Shown here: positions 1-11,876 of the stretch, one piece after another | Position numbering within the stretch: the stretch's first letter is position 1 | Layout: each line of letters opens with the position of its first letter | NCBI GenBank assembly: GCA_002633005.1 | Contig: NMRA01001029.1 | Location: forward strand, 1-64,000 | DNA from: Phoronis australis | Lineage: Eukaryota; Animalia; Phoronida | DNA length: 64,000 nt | Reading direction: 5' to 3' | The notes under the pieces: model-generated | Told to the model about the DNA's origin: nothing | Databases searched by the model: none | The model's input: the letters and a program-made list of their open reading frames with translations, nothing else | Made by a program: the position numbers and the translations under genes

Positions 1-115
1 AGGTACGTCATTGTTCCCGTGTACACGTTCATGGACTGGGCGCTTATTTCAACAAAGTGAAAACGCGTGGGGGGGGCGCTTATAGGGGCATGGGTGGCTA
101 TTACGGCGAATACGG
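1..115. mobile_element. Terminal part of a pogo/Tigger-like (Tc1/mariner superfamily) element
   Basis: Ends ...GGCGAATACGG followed by TA (116-117). The reverse complement (CCGTATTCGCC...GCCCAGTCCATGAAC) is homologous to 55743-55835. Confidence 0.55.
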
Positions 116-470
116 TAATCGATTTTGATCAATAATTTTCAATATAGCACAAAAATTTTTAACGCATGCATAAATAGTTATATCTGAAACTTCTATTCTG
201 GTGTCTGCCCAAGGCCTAGTTAATGCTTACGTAATACTGCACAAGCGATTTGTGTGGTTGGCTGGCTCACTATAGGGCTATTGTTAGGACGGCTTTGTCA
301 TGAGCGACAGCGGGCAACTGGGATAGCGAGAGGGCTGACCCTCATGAATGAGTCCAGATACTGGTATGTGTAGAACACAAAAAAGAATCAAAATCGCTGT
401 TCAAATCATAAAAATCGGTTTACTATAACCATGTTTACCATGCAAAATTAAATTGACTTGAGCTGCTTAA

Positions 471-2760
471 AGGAGAATGCCACCCGATTTAATTAGTCTT
501 TTTTGCCGTCTTAATAGGTCTACGACCTCGCCGGTCGACCTTACCTTGCCAAGAGGTGTCGCGTTAACCTGTGAGGAAGGTGAGAAACGACGCTAGCGAC
601 GTCAGTAGTTCATCTGCAGAGTGAATGCCGCTTGTCCGAACTATACAGCTGCGAGGAAAGCGGGTATATCGTTTTTTTTGACTTCCTCGAGAGACCGAAA
701 TGCTTAGTAAGTGGCTCGTGGTAGTAACTGAAGAATGAACGCTGTAAGTAGCAAGTATGAGGCCGTGAAACATCTCCGTGTCTGTGGCCTGCAGTCGTCG
801 GCAGTGCCTGACGAATGCCGGCTTACCAAATAACAATCCAATGCGTACGCTCCGTTGTCTGAGCTTGTTCACGGCGCCTCTAGTATTTCTTCATCACTGT
901 ATTCCTGTTCGAGTTGATAGCCTGTGAAACTTAACGATCCACCTGAAAAGTCTTCGTAGGGATCGACTGATGAGCTCTCGTCTAAGTCGAGATTGCGAGT
1001 TACCATGATCATTTACTACTGAGCGTTCTGTTTCAAAACGAATTATCCTCACACTAGCCAGTACTTATGTAAAACTGAAACAAAGTCTGCCTCATTAGAT
1101 GCAATTTGTAATGCCTTTGGAGAATTCGTGAGTGTAAATGATTTGAGAAGCCAGCAATGAATAAATCACTGCGTCAGTACCGGCTTTAGGTGTAATAAAA
1201 CTAATTGACGGGACAACGAGGCGGTGTGAGCTCATGTTAATTTAGTGTTTGCTGGCAGAAACTGTTTTGAAACAATTCAGTCGATTTCCACCCCACGGCC
1301 TGGTGTTAGGGGAGTCTTTATTTACATTTACATTTACATTATTAAAATAATGATTGTCAATGTACAAGTTTTGCCCTGATGATCGGTGCTATGGCCAAAG
1401 CGGAACCTAAATTCGCGGCTCGGCCCGACGAGTAAGTAGATTTGCAGTTTTGTGGGTAATTCACCAACATGATCACGTGCGCATTACTTTGGCTCACTAG
1501 TATAGTATTTTATTGACTGGAAGTTTAGTTACTGCAACTTTGGCTGGTTTATGTTCGTGATGTCTGGTCAGCCTGAGTTTCCGAGCCTCTGGCCGGGATA
1601 ACGATTCAATCCGGGCCGTCGCGACGGGCCTGATCGGGCTCCGAGCCATTGGCCAGGATAACGAGCGTTTTGTGTCTTTAGAACTCAAAAAATCACAAGT
1701 CAAATTCGGAACACGGCGCATTCGTAACGGAACTATCATGGCTAAGTATAGGCTCTGCCACGATATCCCAGGCGACCGGCAGTGGCGCTGCCCACTACGA
1801 CTCCGTTTCCGTCGTCTGCTCCACTGTGCAATGAAGAAAATTTACTTCATTTTTTAAAGGAAATGGAACCTGAGTGACGATGAAAAAACAGAAGCTGCTG
1901 GTAAGATGTGAATTTTAATCAAAGCCTTAGTGAATCACTCAGAAACTCGCAATACTCTCTTTGCCAAACCTTATCTTAAGACGATTTCCAAAGCAATCCC
2001 GTCATTATTGCCAACACGAAAAACGGATTTGGTCTTTTTGGCATTTGAAGACTATTTTAAATACGACAAATTTGTTAAGAATCGATGGCACAAAATATAA
2101 AAAGTGTAATGAGCATTACAAAAAGAAGTAGGTTTCGCGCGCAAACGCTGTGGACCATAAACAAGTAGGTCTCTTAGTATGAGAATAGAAGTTAAATCGT
2201 TGTGGTGTAGTGGTAACGCACACGCCCACTAATCGCCAGGTCGTGAGTTCGAGTCTTTGATAATTGCAGTTTTTCCTGTTTGACACGTTCTCCGTTTTTT
2301 TTTGCCTTTTTTCTTGAATAATACTTCAGGAATCAAGGAAAATGCTTGATTTTTAGAGGTAAAAACAAAAATTTCCCCCCTCCCGACCTCCCCCCATTCG
2401 GTGCTATGCGCATCTACAATCGTGGTTCAGTTTGCGCGAATTCTTACAGCCGGAAAAAATTTTGGCCCCCCTTGTGATATCCTAGATCCGCCACTGGAAC
2501 TCGGTGTATGTTTAAGGGTTTTACATCGAAGTTTGATTTATTGGTGTTAAACGATGAATTCAAGCGATAAGCTGACACAAGTTACCCGTGTTGTGAACTG
2601 CTGAACAGATTGCGTGTGAAACCAATTACGTCATTGGATAATTTCAACACCTCCGTCTGCCGTCAGGTGTCAGGTAACGCACCCGTACGTGCCGTTATGG
2701 AGTAGAACTACTCGATCTAAATTGATACAAATTAGGTTGTTTTTTGGATGGTATACCCCT
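471..2760 (+). mobile_element. Non-autonomous Kolobok-like DNA transposon, family K1 copy 1 (carries a truncated hAT-type MITE)
   Basis: TTAA|AGGAGAATGCCACCC ... degenerate GGATGGTATACCCCT|TTAA. Colinear with 14341-19518 and 40115-41787. AG...CT termini with a TTAA TSD match Kolobok rather than piggyBac. Confidence 0.8.
1699..2496 (+). mobile_element. Left-truncated hAT-type MITE, family B
   Basis: Near-identical to 11050-11876. Ends in CCTAGATCCGCCACTG. Absent from the other two K1 copies. Confidence 0.8.
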
Positions 2761-2831
2761 TTAACTGATAGGGAAAACAGCCACTGGTCAATTATCTTCA
2801 CGTGATTAAACTTGTGCAATAAGTAGCAAAA

Positions 2832-2982
2832 CATGGGCGGCACACCATAGGGGGCTGGGGGGCAGTTGCCCCCCACTTTTTTCAGTGCTACGCCGCACAT
2901 GGTCTATAGGCGGTGCACCACACGGGGGGGGGGCTAAGGGGGCTTTAGCCGCCCCACTTTTTTCAGTGCTGCGTCGCCCATG
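2832..2982. mobile_element. Tandem dimer of a short CATGGGCG...CGCCCATG MITE with 5-bp TSD CAAAA
   Basis: CAAAA|CATGGGCGG ... TCGCCCATG|CAAAA, made of two ~70-bp related units. A monomer lies at 12428-12487. Confidence 0.65.
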
Positions 2983-3430
2983 CAAAAGATATGGAAATGA
3001 GCTGTCTGGGTAACAAGTGACCCAAGTGGCTATTCCATGTAAGTGACAAATTTTATGTGGTTAGGAATTGAAAGTAGACAAGGTTTTACAAGTATTCATG
3101 ATTTTCCCCTGACATGTTGAGATAATTGGCATTGGATTGGGAAGGTTTCAAACTTTTGTGGGGCACTGATTAAACTTTCTGTGATTATTGTTGGAGTCAT
3201 TAGGCTTTAAACATTCTTTGCACTGGATCAAAGGTCATGAATAGGTCTCATCGCCAAATCCAGAATCAGTAACGTTAAATAATTATTAAGATTCCATCTG
3301 GTTACAAGGGTGCTGGTTCAATGTTGTTTAGAATATTTTTCTCTTTTTATTAGTTGCTTCAACATTCCAGTATTCATGTTATTACAGTATAGTCTTTAGT
3401 AACATTTTACCTTGTTCTTGCGTGAGCTTC

Positions 3431-3500
3431 TTATAGCTATATTATTATTATAGCTATATTATTATTATAGCTATATTATTATTATTATAGCTATATTATT
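3431..3500. repeat. AT-rich tandem repeat (TTATAGCTATATTA[TTA]n), about 4 units
   Basis: Directly visible tandem units. Confidence 0.9.
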
Positions 3501-3717
3501 AAGTCTGTATTTCTAAAAGTGCATTTGTTACATTGTCAACATATTTTATTGCATTATCCATTGCTCGTTTGAAAAGTTGTGATTTGGAGTCTTTGTCTTA
3601 GGCAACTTTACAACACCTACTGAATGCATCATTCCCAGTGGCTTTCCTATAAGAGTTATTGGTCGAGGGACTTTGGGCTGTTTATAGTAATTCGCCTGTG
3701 TAGCATACATGTACAAG

Positions 3718-6475
3718 CAGAGGCGGATCTACGGGGGGGGTTCAGGGGGTTTAAACCCCCCCCTCGGGCCAGGACCCAAAAATTAAAAAAACAAAAAACA
3801 AAACAAAAACGGCTCCAGCAAAACAAAAACGCCGGCAACGCCAGCGTGTTTAAACCCCAAGTAAACCAACCTGGAAAAAATGAGGGGGGGGTCACTCTGA
3901 AAATATATTTTTTGCATTGTGAATTGCTGTTATGAAAATCAACGCGTTTCGAGTCTTCGTGGCTCATCGACAAAACCCCGGAGATCAATTGTGCGCGCGC
4001 TTCCGACGACACTTCTGAAGTAGCCAAGCATTTTAGATGGATCCACCGCTGAAAGAGCAGCTCTATAGCTGATTTCTTTAGATAACTAGCTTCTTTACTC
4101 TAAGATATGTTTTGATTTGATTAGGGAAATACTGTGGTGCCCCAACCCTGATATTCAGGCGAATTGACGTGCAACGTTTTTACCTCATCTGTCATGCCGT
4201 GTCATCGTATTACACCCCACACGTTTGAAACTCGAATTTGAGTGGTGTACAGTAAAGTTGTCTTGCGCAATATCATACGGTGTACATGTACATGTAATAC
4301 TTTTGAAAAAAACTTGTTTTCCGAAGAATTGCTATTGTGGCGGGCGCCGTGGTCTGGTCGCGAGTCTGTTTGAAGATGCACTCTAACAAGTTTTGTCTAT
4401 ACAAGGAATGACCAAGGGGGCACTCACATTGACAAAGTGACCGCATTCGCGAACAGTTTACAGTACCAGAAATTGCGGGGAGCCTGTATTTTCACAACAA
4501 AGTCTTGCGGGACTCGTGCGATGTTCAATGGGCCTCCTAAGGAGCCCTAGTGCCGACCTCAACACCTACCGTCTTTCTACCTGCAATAAGCACCACTGCC
4601 GTTTTCTATACTGGGAATTTCCGCAGAAAGGCCCAACCGACGAAACGCCCATGCTCATGGGCATTTATTTGATGTTTGTACTTCGGGTTTCAAGCGTTCA
4701 GACACTGGGACGTTTATTTCGAAAATTGCAAGAGATGCAAATGGGTCCTGGGATACATCGTCAAGGTTTGAAGTAGTCCATGATGAACGGATCAAATTTA
4801 GTTGCGCATGCTGTAAGTCTTTTGAATGGACTTGGTAACCTCAGGGGGCTTAGTGCCAACTGAGCTGCGAAACGAGATGCTGACATTGTAGAGGCGTACA
4901 AGCTCATTGACACAGCAGTTGACGAAGTGCAAGCGTTGGGAACAAACGTCGAAGATGTCTGGGTAGAATGGTTCCAAGAGCAGCAAACCATTGGATCCGA
5001 TATACAGATTCCTCGGCAGTCCAGACAACAGCAGGATAGGACTAACGTTCCTGGAGAAATACCTACGTAATAAGTTATGATTCTACACAGTTTGTACATA
5101 ATGTCGGTTTTTATACTTGTGTACAATGAAAACGAAATAGAAATTATTTTTGGTCATGCCAAATTTACCCAATACAGCAGAGGGTCTACGAGCGCACAAA
5201 AACTGATTCTGGTTTGTATTTCCACTTGGCTCTATCTGCTTCATATCCAAAATTGATTTCACGTAGTGCGTAGTTAAATTTGTTCTCAATACTTGTTTCT
5301 TCCAGTGAGTACTACAGAACGGTGCGAAAACCCTTCCTAGACAACCTCTCGCAGCAGTTGACGACCAGATGTATAAAATACATGTATGAGCAACCACTGG
5401 GCATTAAAAAGTGTCTAGAGAGAAGTTTTCAATTCAAACTTTTTTGCATAGTACACTTTAGGTCTCGCGAGGGACCAGGCCAGCTTGATTTGTGTAGATA
5501 GTGAGTTTCAGTGTACTTCTGGTTCCTCGGCGAACTAGTCTTGTGATGTTTTTTTACCAAAGTGTGCTTTGTAAAACTATCTATCTCAGCCAGTACTGTT
5601 TGGTCCCGCCACAGATCAACTATGTTTATAGGGATAATAAGCACAGGTGTACTTTTGGTCTCGTGACGGACCAGGCCTTTTTGTGTACTCTCAGTGTACA
5701 CCTGGTCCCTCTGCGAACTGGTCCTGTTTATATTTTCACCACGATGTACAGAATGTTTTGGTTTCTTGAAACTGTTTTCAGCTGATTCGTTTCCAGATAC
5801 ATTTGACGTTTTTCAATTGTGGTCAACGTGATTCAGCTTAATGAAGTGATACCTAATTGTTTATTGTCGCTTTTAATAATATACTATGAGCTGAGAGCAC
5901 CATCGTTTGCCAGTTTTTCTCATAATTAGACAGAACACATGTTTATTTCCAGACTAACAGTACAGGTCTTCGTTCTTAAACAACTTGAGGCTGCTGTTAC
6001 GCGATCATCTGTTATTCAATGTTTTACTCCCCGTCGGGTGCTCCTTATGCTCTTGAATATTTGGTAGTTGTCTAACCCCCCACACACACCACACTTTTTC
6101 ATATACGACTTTTCGTATGCTAAAAAGGTGTGTATAAGCAGATGTTCCAACAAAAATTTTTGCTGGTGGCGTAATTCATACCCAGATGTGCACAAATATG
6201 ATTTCACGAAACTTGTGAGCCACGTTCATGCGACGAAATCGAGAAGGGTTTTAAATTATCTTAAGAAAAACTCAAGAGACATGTTATTAGTGCCAGAAAC
6301 TTACCAGGATGCATGGAAATTTCACTATTTGGCTACAAAAACAAAAAAATGGTCTTACGTACGGAAGGGGGAAACCCCCCTCCCGACCTCCCCCCTCTCG
6401 GCGCCACGTGCCTCGGATTCGACCTTTGCGGGAATCCTAAACCCCCCCCTTACTGAAAACGTAGATCCGCCCCTG
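3718..6475 (+). mobile_element. Decayed hAT transposon (THAP12/PRKRIR-like transposase remnants) with 5-bp TSD ACAAG
   Basis: ACAAG|CAGAGGCGGATCTACG ... CGTAGATCCGCCCCTG|ACAAG (TIR 15/16 match). Internal frames read DADIVEAYKLIDTAVDEV...WFQE...IPRQSRQQQDRTNVPGEIP, EYYRTVRKPFLDNLSQQLTTR and DVHKYDFTKLVSHVHATKSRRVL, typical of this hAT transposase class. Confidence 0.85.
4876..5372 (+). pseudogene. hAT transposase pseudogene segment with a retained GT-AG intron (5067-5305)
   Basis: Splicing AC|GTAATA...TTCCAG|T restores the frame GEIPT-EYYRTV. Upstream stops and frameshifts indicate decay. Confidence 0.7.
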
Positions 6476-6687
6476 ACAAGTAGGAACGATTTCTGAACTG
6501 AAATGAAGCTTTCACAGTCGTATTATATCCAACCAAAAATTGCAAACTGCCTGGTGGAATAAATTAAGTTAGCGAGCTAGTGAATTTTTTCTTTCGTGAC
6601 GTCTGTGGTGTTATGTGTCCTTTGACGGAGTACCACTGGGGAGATTTCATGAAAAAAGGTTTTGTTACTGAAACATCACCCTTTTGA

Positions 6688-6810
6688 AAGGGTTGTAAGT
6701 CCATAGCGACACCTACATTTGTAAGGGTTATGAGTCCATAGCGACACCTATATTTGTAAGAGTTGTAAGTCTATAGCGACTCCTACATTAGTCCATAGCA
6801 ACAACTACAA
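6688..6810. repeat. About 35-bp minisatellite, 3 units plus a partial
   Basis: Repeated AAGGGTTGTAAGTCCATAGCGACACCTACATTTGT-like units. Confidence 0.85.
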
Positions 6811-6819
6811 AAAAATGCT

Positions 6820-8901
6820 GGCGTCACGGTTAAACCGTGGTAACCGATACAGACGTGGGGCCGGGGACAGTCGAGAAAAGAAAGACTGCGAAACACGGAT
6901 AAGAGAGAAAATTCAAGAGAACATTGAACAACACTATCAGTGCATGGTTTACCTTTTGAGAGCCCTGGCCAGGACGTTGTCGTTAGGGTCGTACGGAGCG
7001 TACTAATTTACTGGATTTTTAAATTCAAAAAGTCAATTTTGCGAATGTAAAACTATATTTTTCCAGAGGCCCCTCTCTGGCGAGAGGTAACAGAGACATA
7101 GTTCATTTTATTTTTGTCAAAGCTGTATATCACTTGAGAAAAATCTATGACCTGTCAGATAACATCAATTGCTGCGCATTTCCTGATTTTTTAGATATTT
7201 TCATATTTAGGGGCCCTGCTCTTAAAGGAGGGCATTGATGACATTCAAGTGGCCACATTTTTGTGTTTTTATTGATAAATTCTTAAGGGATCGGAGAAAG
7301 GGCCCCTGTTTTTGTGAAATTGTACAACCGGCTTTCATGTTGAAGGAGGTCACTACCTGCATCGTTTTGGGACCACACGACGGTGGGATGAACTGTCACT
7401 CTTTTTTCCAAGCTTAATGGTGTTATAGCCTTCCATCTTAAAACGTTCCATTTCAGACGGGACCCGCTCTCTGTGGAGCAGTTGGGGGGAAATTTCCCTT
7501 TGTCTCTATACATATACTGAATCCGACACTGTAGTATAGTTGCCAAAAAGTTGACCCTGCAATATTGTTTACTGGAAAGTTTTGTTTTGGAAATTTATTA
7601 TATGTGGTTAGGAGAATAAAATTAACTTGGTTGCAATTTGTGCAACTTTGAGCATTTTTTATAATTCAAGATGGCGGCTTCCGTTAATTTCCACACTCTG
7701 AACACTCTGAACTGCCAAGTATTCACGAGGGAAGTTGAGATTCCAAATTCATCAAAAAAAAACAACATTCGTGCACAGCACAGCAGTGTAAGACATTCGA
7801 CCCAAACAACCAAAAATATGAAAAAATACAATAGGATTGACCGTCATCCGAAAGAGTGGAATTGGTGAAGTTTCAGTGAATTTAATTGCAGCCTGATGTT
7901 GGAAAAACTCTACAACCTGATACCCTAATAGTTAAGTACACTTAGACGATTTTTGCATATCTAAAATGACTCTCAAAGACATTGGTGAAATTCGGACTCA
8001 CAAACTATGATCGAAAAAACGTTTTAAAAGTCCTTAAATAAATAAAATTGAACTCATTGCTTAGAAAGGTTGTTCTTGTGCGGCTTGGTGTTTTTAGTTT
8101 CCAGTAGTATTAAGGAAAGAATTTTTGTTCTGACGCACCCACGTTAAAACTAATATGTAGTCATGGAGCAGGCCTGCGCAAAATGTCAGTGATCCACGGG
8201 AACTGAACGCCAGGCGTTGAAGTGTGTACATTTTTGGGACACACTGAATCATTTTCCCGCAATCACTAGAAACTGGACTACCGGTCATGTTTTGAAACAG
8301 CCCAAAAAGACCACTATGCCAGGGACTTCGGGACCTCACTTTTTCAAAAAAAAATTCCTAAAACTGGATCACAATAAAGCGAATCTTGATCTTAGAGGAG
8401 CGGAGACGGCCGGCACGAGTGAATCACACTGAGCTGAGCTGACCAACACCTAGCTTTCAGTTCATCGGGATTGTTCGATCTCAACTGCAGCTACTTGAGA
8501 CAGCTCCTCGCTACCGGTCAGTGTCCGAGGCCCATTCTTAGTGGTTCAAGGTTACTCATCTCTTGATGCCTGCATCCCCGGTATTGTTCCAGGATTTTGA
8601 GTTGGGTTGGGGGAGGGGGGGGGGGCAGGGCAGAGTATTAGTCAGGGTTTTGCCCGTCAGAGGTTCGCACCCCCGAACTGCCAAACGGAATGTGGGAGAA
8701 TCTTAGGGGAGTCATGGCTCCCTTGGCCCCCTAAATCCGCCACTGTGCCCCCACCTAGGGCGGACGTGAGAGATTCAGTACACTACAAATATGGTGGCAT
8801 CAGGAGGAAGGGGGCGAGGGGCGTGGCAGAGGTGGTGGTGCTGGGGGGGAGTCGAAATGGTATGTGCCCACCTCAATAATTTTTGCCTTCCTACGGGCCT
8901 G
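6820..8901 (+). mobile_element. Non-autonomous hAT-type element, family D copy 1 (left end lost)
   Basis: Diverged reverse-complement match to 19545-22292. Ends CTACGGGCCTG. Contains a small MITE remnant ending AAATCCGCCACTG at 8745. Confidence 0.75.
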
Positions 8902-9185
8902 AATTGTGCATCGCCTGACAGACAGCACTAATTGCTGTTCATCTGTTTTATGAAATTATAGAGCCTTTCATGGGCTTAGCCCTTGAAGGGTCCCCGGCGT
9001 CGATCGGATGCCATCCATGAGGCTAAGCCTTTCGTGCTTTTTATTTTGAACTTTTTAGGGTACGCTTACGGAGAGAAGGCTCAGCGATGGAATGGCCGGG
9101 TTGTCTCTATTTTTCTGCTTTTGTGAAATCTGGACCGCCTCATCACGAGGGATGCCCCGCTTCCCATGTTCCCCAGTTTGGCCGT

Positions 9186-10060
9186 TAGTACTGCAGATAT
9201 GTGAAATATTTGGAAGAATTGCGGGTTTGGTGAAACAAGCATGAAACTTTGCAGATAGTTAAGCAGTTGCTTGGGAAGATATCTGACCGTAGGGCCATTC
9301 CAAGTTGTTTCCATGGAGAATAGTGCCTGCCATTTTACAATTAGCTGCAGAAATATTTCGTGGAACGATGTATCTGCAGAAGAACGAGTGTTCGCTCATC
9401 TCCAAGTTGTACATTGCCTCCGAGATACGCCATTGTGATTTAGACTAGATGTTTCAGCACGAAAACCAGGCATGAGCACCATCTCTGTCTCAGATAGGCA
9501 GCAAGAGAACTAGAACTAAGTCGGACTTGTTGCCAGGGATGCCTAGAAAACCGTTCCAGTGAGTGAGGATCCACCAGAGTACACTCAGGTTAATATCCTG
9601 GTCACATTTGTTTTTTGGCCAAAATATGAGTACGAACTTTAAATCAGCGCATACTTAAATAACGACATATTGATCGACGTTTCGGTTATTGTCTATAAAC
9701 CGTTCTCAAGACAAATGTTCACAATAGTCCAACCAGGTGACACAGGTAGAGAAACAGACTGTACATGTTCCTGCGTGATTTTAACATCCTGGGTGGTGCT
9801 GACATCGTCAACATGCTGTGGACCAGGGACTGTAAAGACATTCCAAAGTTATCTCACTGGTGTCTTTCTTAGGGCGTTCTCCTGTTCAGTGACTTTACCA
9901 GACACAGAGCGGTTGTGAGCGTGTGATAACATCTAGCTCCTTTGTTTACTGCCGAGCACAGTCTTTTGTGTGGTATGAGAACATGTAGGCCAATTATCTA
10001 CCAGGCTTATTAATACGTGTGAACACAGTCAAACCCTGTGCGGTACATTTGGACAGAATA
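9186..10060 (-). mobile_element. Probable Academ terminus and decayed internal sequence
   Basis: Begins TAGTACTGCAGATATGTGAAA...GGTGAAACAAGCATGAAACTTTGCA, resembling Academ TAG termini. Only weak coding remnants; inner boundary approximate. Confidence 0.35.
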
Positions 10061-10564
10061 GATCGTCTTAAACAGTACACACCATGGATTTTTTTGCACA
10101 TTTCGAATTACCGGTGGCCACAGTATAAATGTATGACGTAAATTTTAGCCAAATCCATGATTATTTTGTGTCATTAGCTCGAAATTTTGATTTCTCTTTC
10201 ATTTTTGCCAATTTTCACATTTCCCACCATGTGACATCATGGGTTGAACACAAGAAATCAGCGACTAGCATTGAACAACGGCGGAGAGTAGGGAATTTGA
10301 AAGCGACAACGATTATGAGCAAGAAATTAACAAATACTATGAAGAAACGTACGGGAATGGTGGCTAGGATGACGAAATGGGGTTACACGAAAGCGAGAAC
10401 TAGTTTGGTATGTTTTCAGGTGCGTACTTTTCTACTTTGAGGCCTTACGAACTGGATCCTCCCGCGAGAGAAGCAGCCTCGGGCACGGCCAGTCAACCCA
10501 GTCATCCAACAGACGATCCTGAATAAAGAGCCGATGTTTCCGAATAGTAAATATTGTCCTTTAT

Positions 10565-10799
10565 TAAACCAGGCCTTCATCGTAACATCTCCTCTGATTG
10601 GAGTCGAAACACGACTCCTCAAAGTGGGCAGAACACAGAGTGGCCCCGGACAGAATCGCTTGGTCCACGCTGAGGTCCCACACTCTCCTTCGGCGCACGA
10701 AGCGATGCCACTACTGCGCAACTTTGGCGTTCTTCGGAACACCGAGACGTTCTCCGTCTGACTGTTGTTGCTGCAGCCTCCGCAAACACATCTTTTCAT
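10565..10799 (-). pseudogene. THAP zinc-finger domain remnant (frameshift and stop)
   Basis: MKRCVCGGCSN...VSV, frameshift, then PKNAKVAQ*WHRFVRRRRVW...LCSAHFEESCF. This gives the C2CH THAP signature (CxxxxC, W, CSxHF). Confidence 0.8.
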
Positions 10800-10851
10800 C
10801 CCTCTACGAACCTTCTCGACGCTAAATATACTTTACTTTCACTTCACTCTA

Positions 10852-11876
10852 CATAGGCGGATTTAGGGGGGGGGGCCCAGGGGGCCCGGCCCCCCCCCCC
10901 TTGGCTGCCGCAAAAAAAATAAAACAGTAAGAGCGTAGGGAAATGGTGAGTTTATTAATTAACCCCGGTAATTAAAATTATACGGATGAAAAAAGATTTA
11001 AATGTGTGCAGTTTTAGGGTGGGGGGGGGGGCTCAAATCCAATTTCAAGTGTCAAATTCGGAACACGGCGCGTTCGTAACGGAACTATGGCTAAGTATAG
11101 AATCTCCCGCGATATCCTAGGCGACCGGCAGCGGCGCTGTGCACTACGACTCCGTTTCCGTCGTCTGCTCCACTGTGCAATGAAGAAAATTTACTTCATT
11201 TTTTAAAGAAAATGGAACCTGAGTGGCGATGAAAAAACAGAAGCTGCTGGTAAGATGTGAATTTTAATCGAAGCCTTAGTGAATCACTCAGAAACTCACA
11301 ATACTCTCTTTGTCAAACCTTATCTTAAGACGGTTTCCAAAGCAATCCCGTCATTATTGCCAACACGAAAAATGGATTTGGTCTTTTGGGCATTTGAAGA
11401 CTATTTCAAATACGACAAATTTGTTAAGAATTGATGGCACAAAATATAAAACGTGTAATAAGCATTACAAAAAGAAGTAGGTTACGCGCGCAAACGCTGT
11501 GGCCCATAAACAAGTACATGTAAGTCTTTTAGTATGTGAGTTGTAGTTAAATCGTGGTGGTGTAGTGGTAACGTACGCGCACTCAACCCGCTAGGTCGTG
11601 AGTACGAGTCTTCGACACTTGCATTTTTTTCCTGTTTGACACGTTCTCCGTGTTTTTTTTTTGCCTTTTTTTCTTGGATAATACTTCAGGAATCAAGGAA
11701 AATGCTTGATTTTTAGAGGTAAAAACAAAAAAAAATTCCTGGGCGGGAGGGGGGTTTGCCGACCTCCCCCCATTCGGTGCTATGCGCATCTACAATCGTG
11801 GTTCAGTTTGCGCAAATGCTTCCAGCCGGACAAAATGTTGGGCCCCCCCCCTTGTGATATCCTAGATCCGCCACTG
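10852..11876 (+). mobile_element. Complete hAT-type MITE, family B, with 5-bp TSD CTCTA
   Basis: CTCTA|CATAGGCGGATTTAGG ... CCTAGATCCGCCACTG|CTCTA. Second copy at 1699-2496. Contains a tRNA-like A/B-box segment at ~11552-11615. Confidence 0.8.

Noticed and set aside
471-485. piggyBac assignment for the TTAA-flanked elements
   Set aside because: Termini are AG...CT rather than the CC(C/T)...(A/G)GG expected of piggyBac. Kolobok fits better.
6688-6810. CRISPR-like array (also 25310-25423)
   Set aside because: Head-to-tail minisatellites with no unique spacers, in a eukaryotic context.
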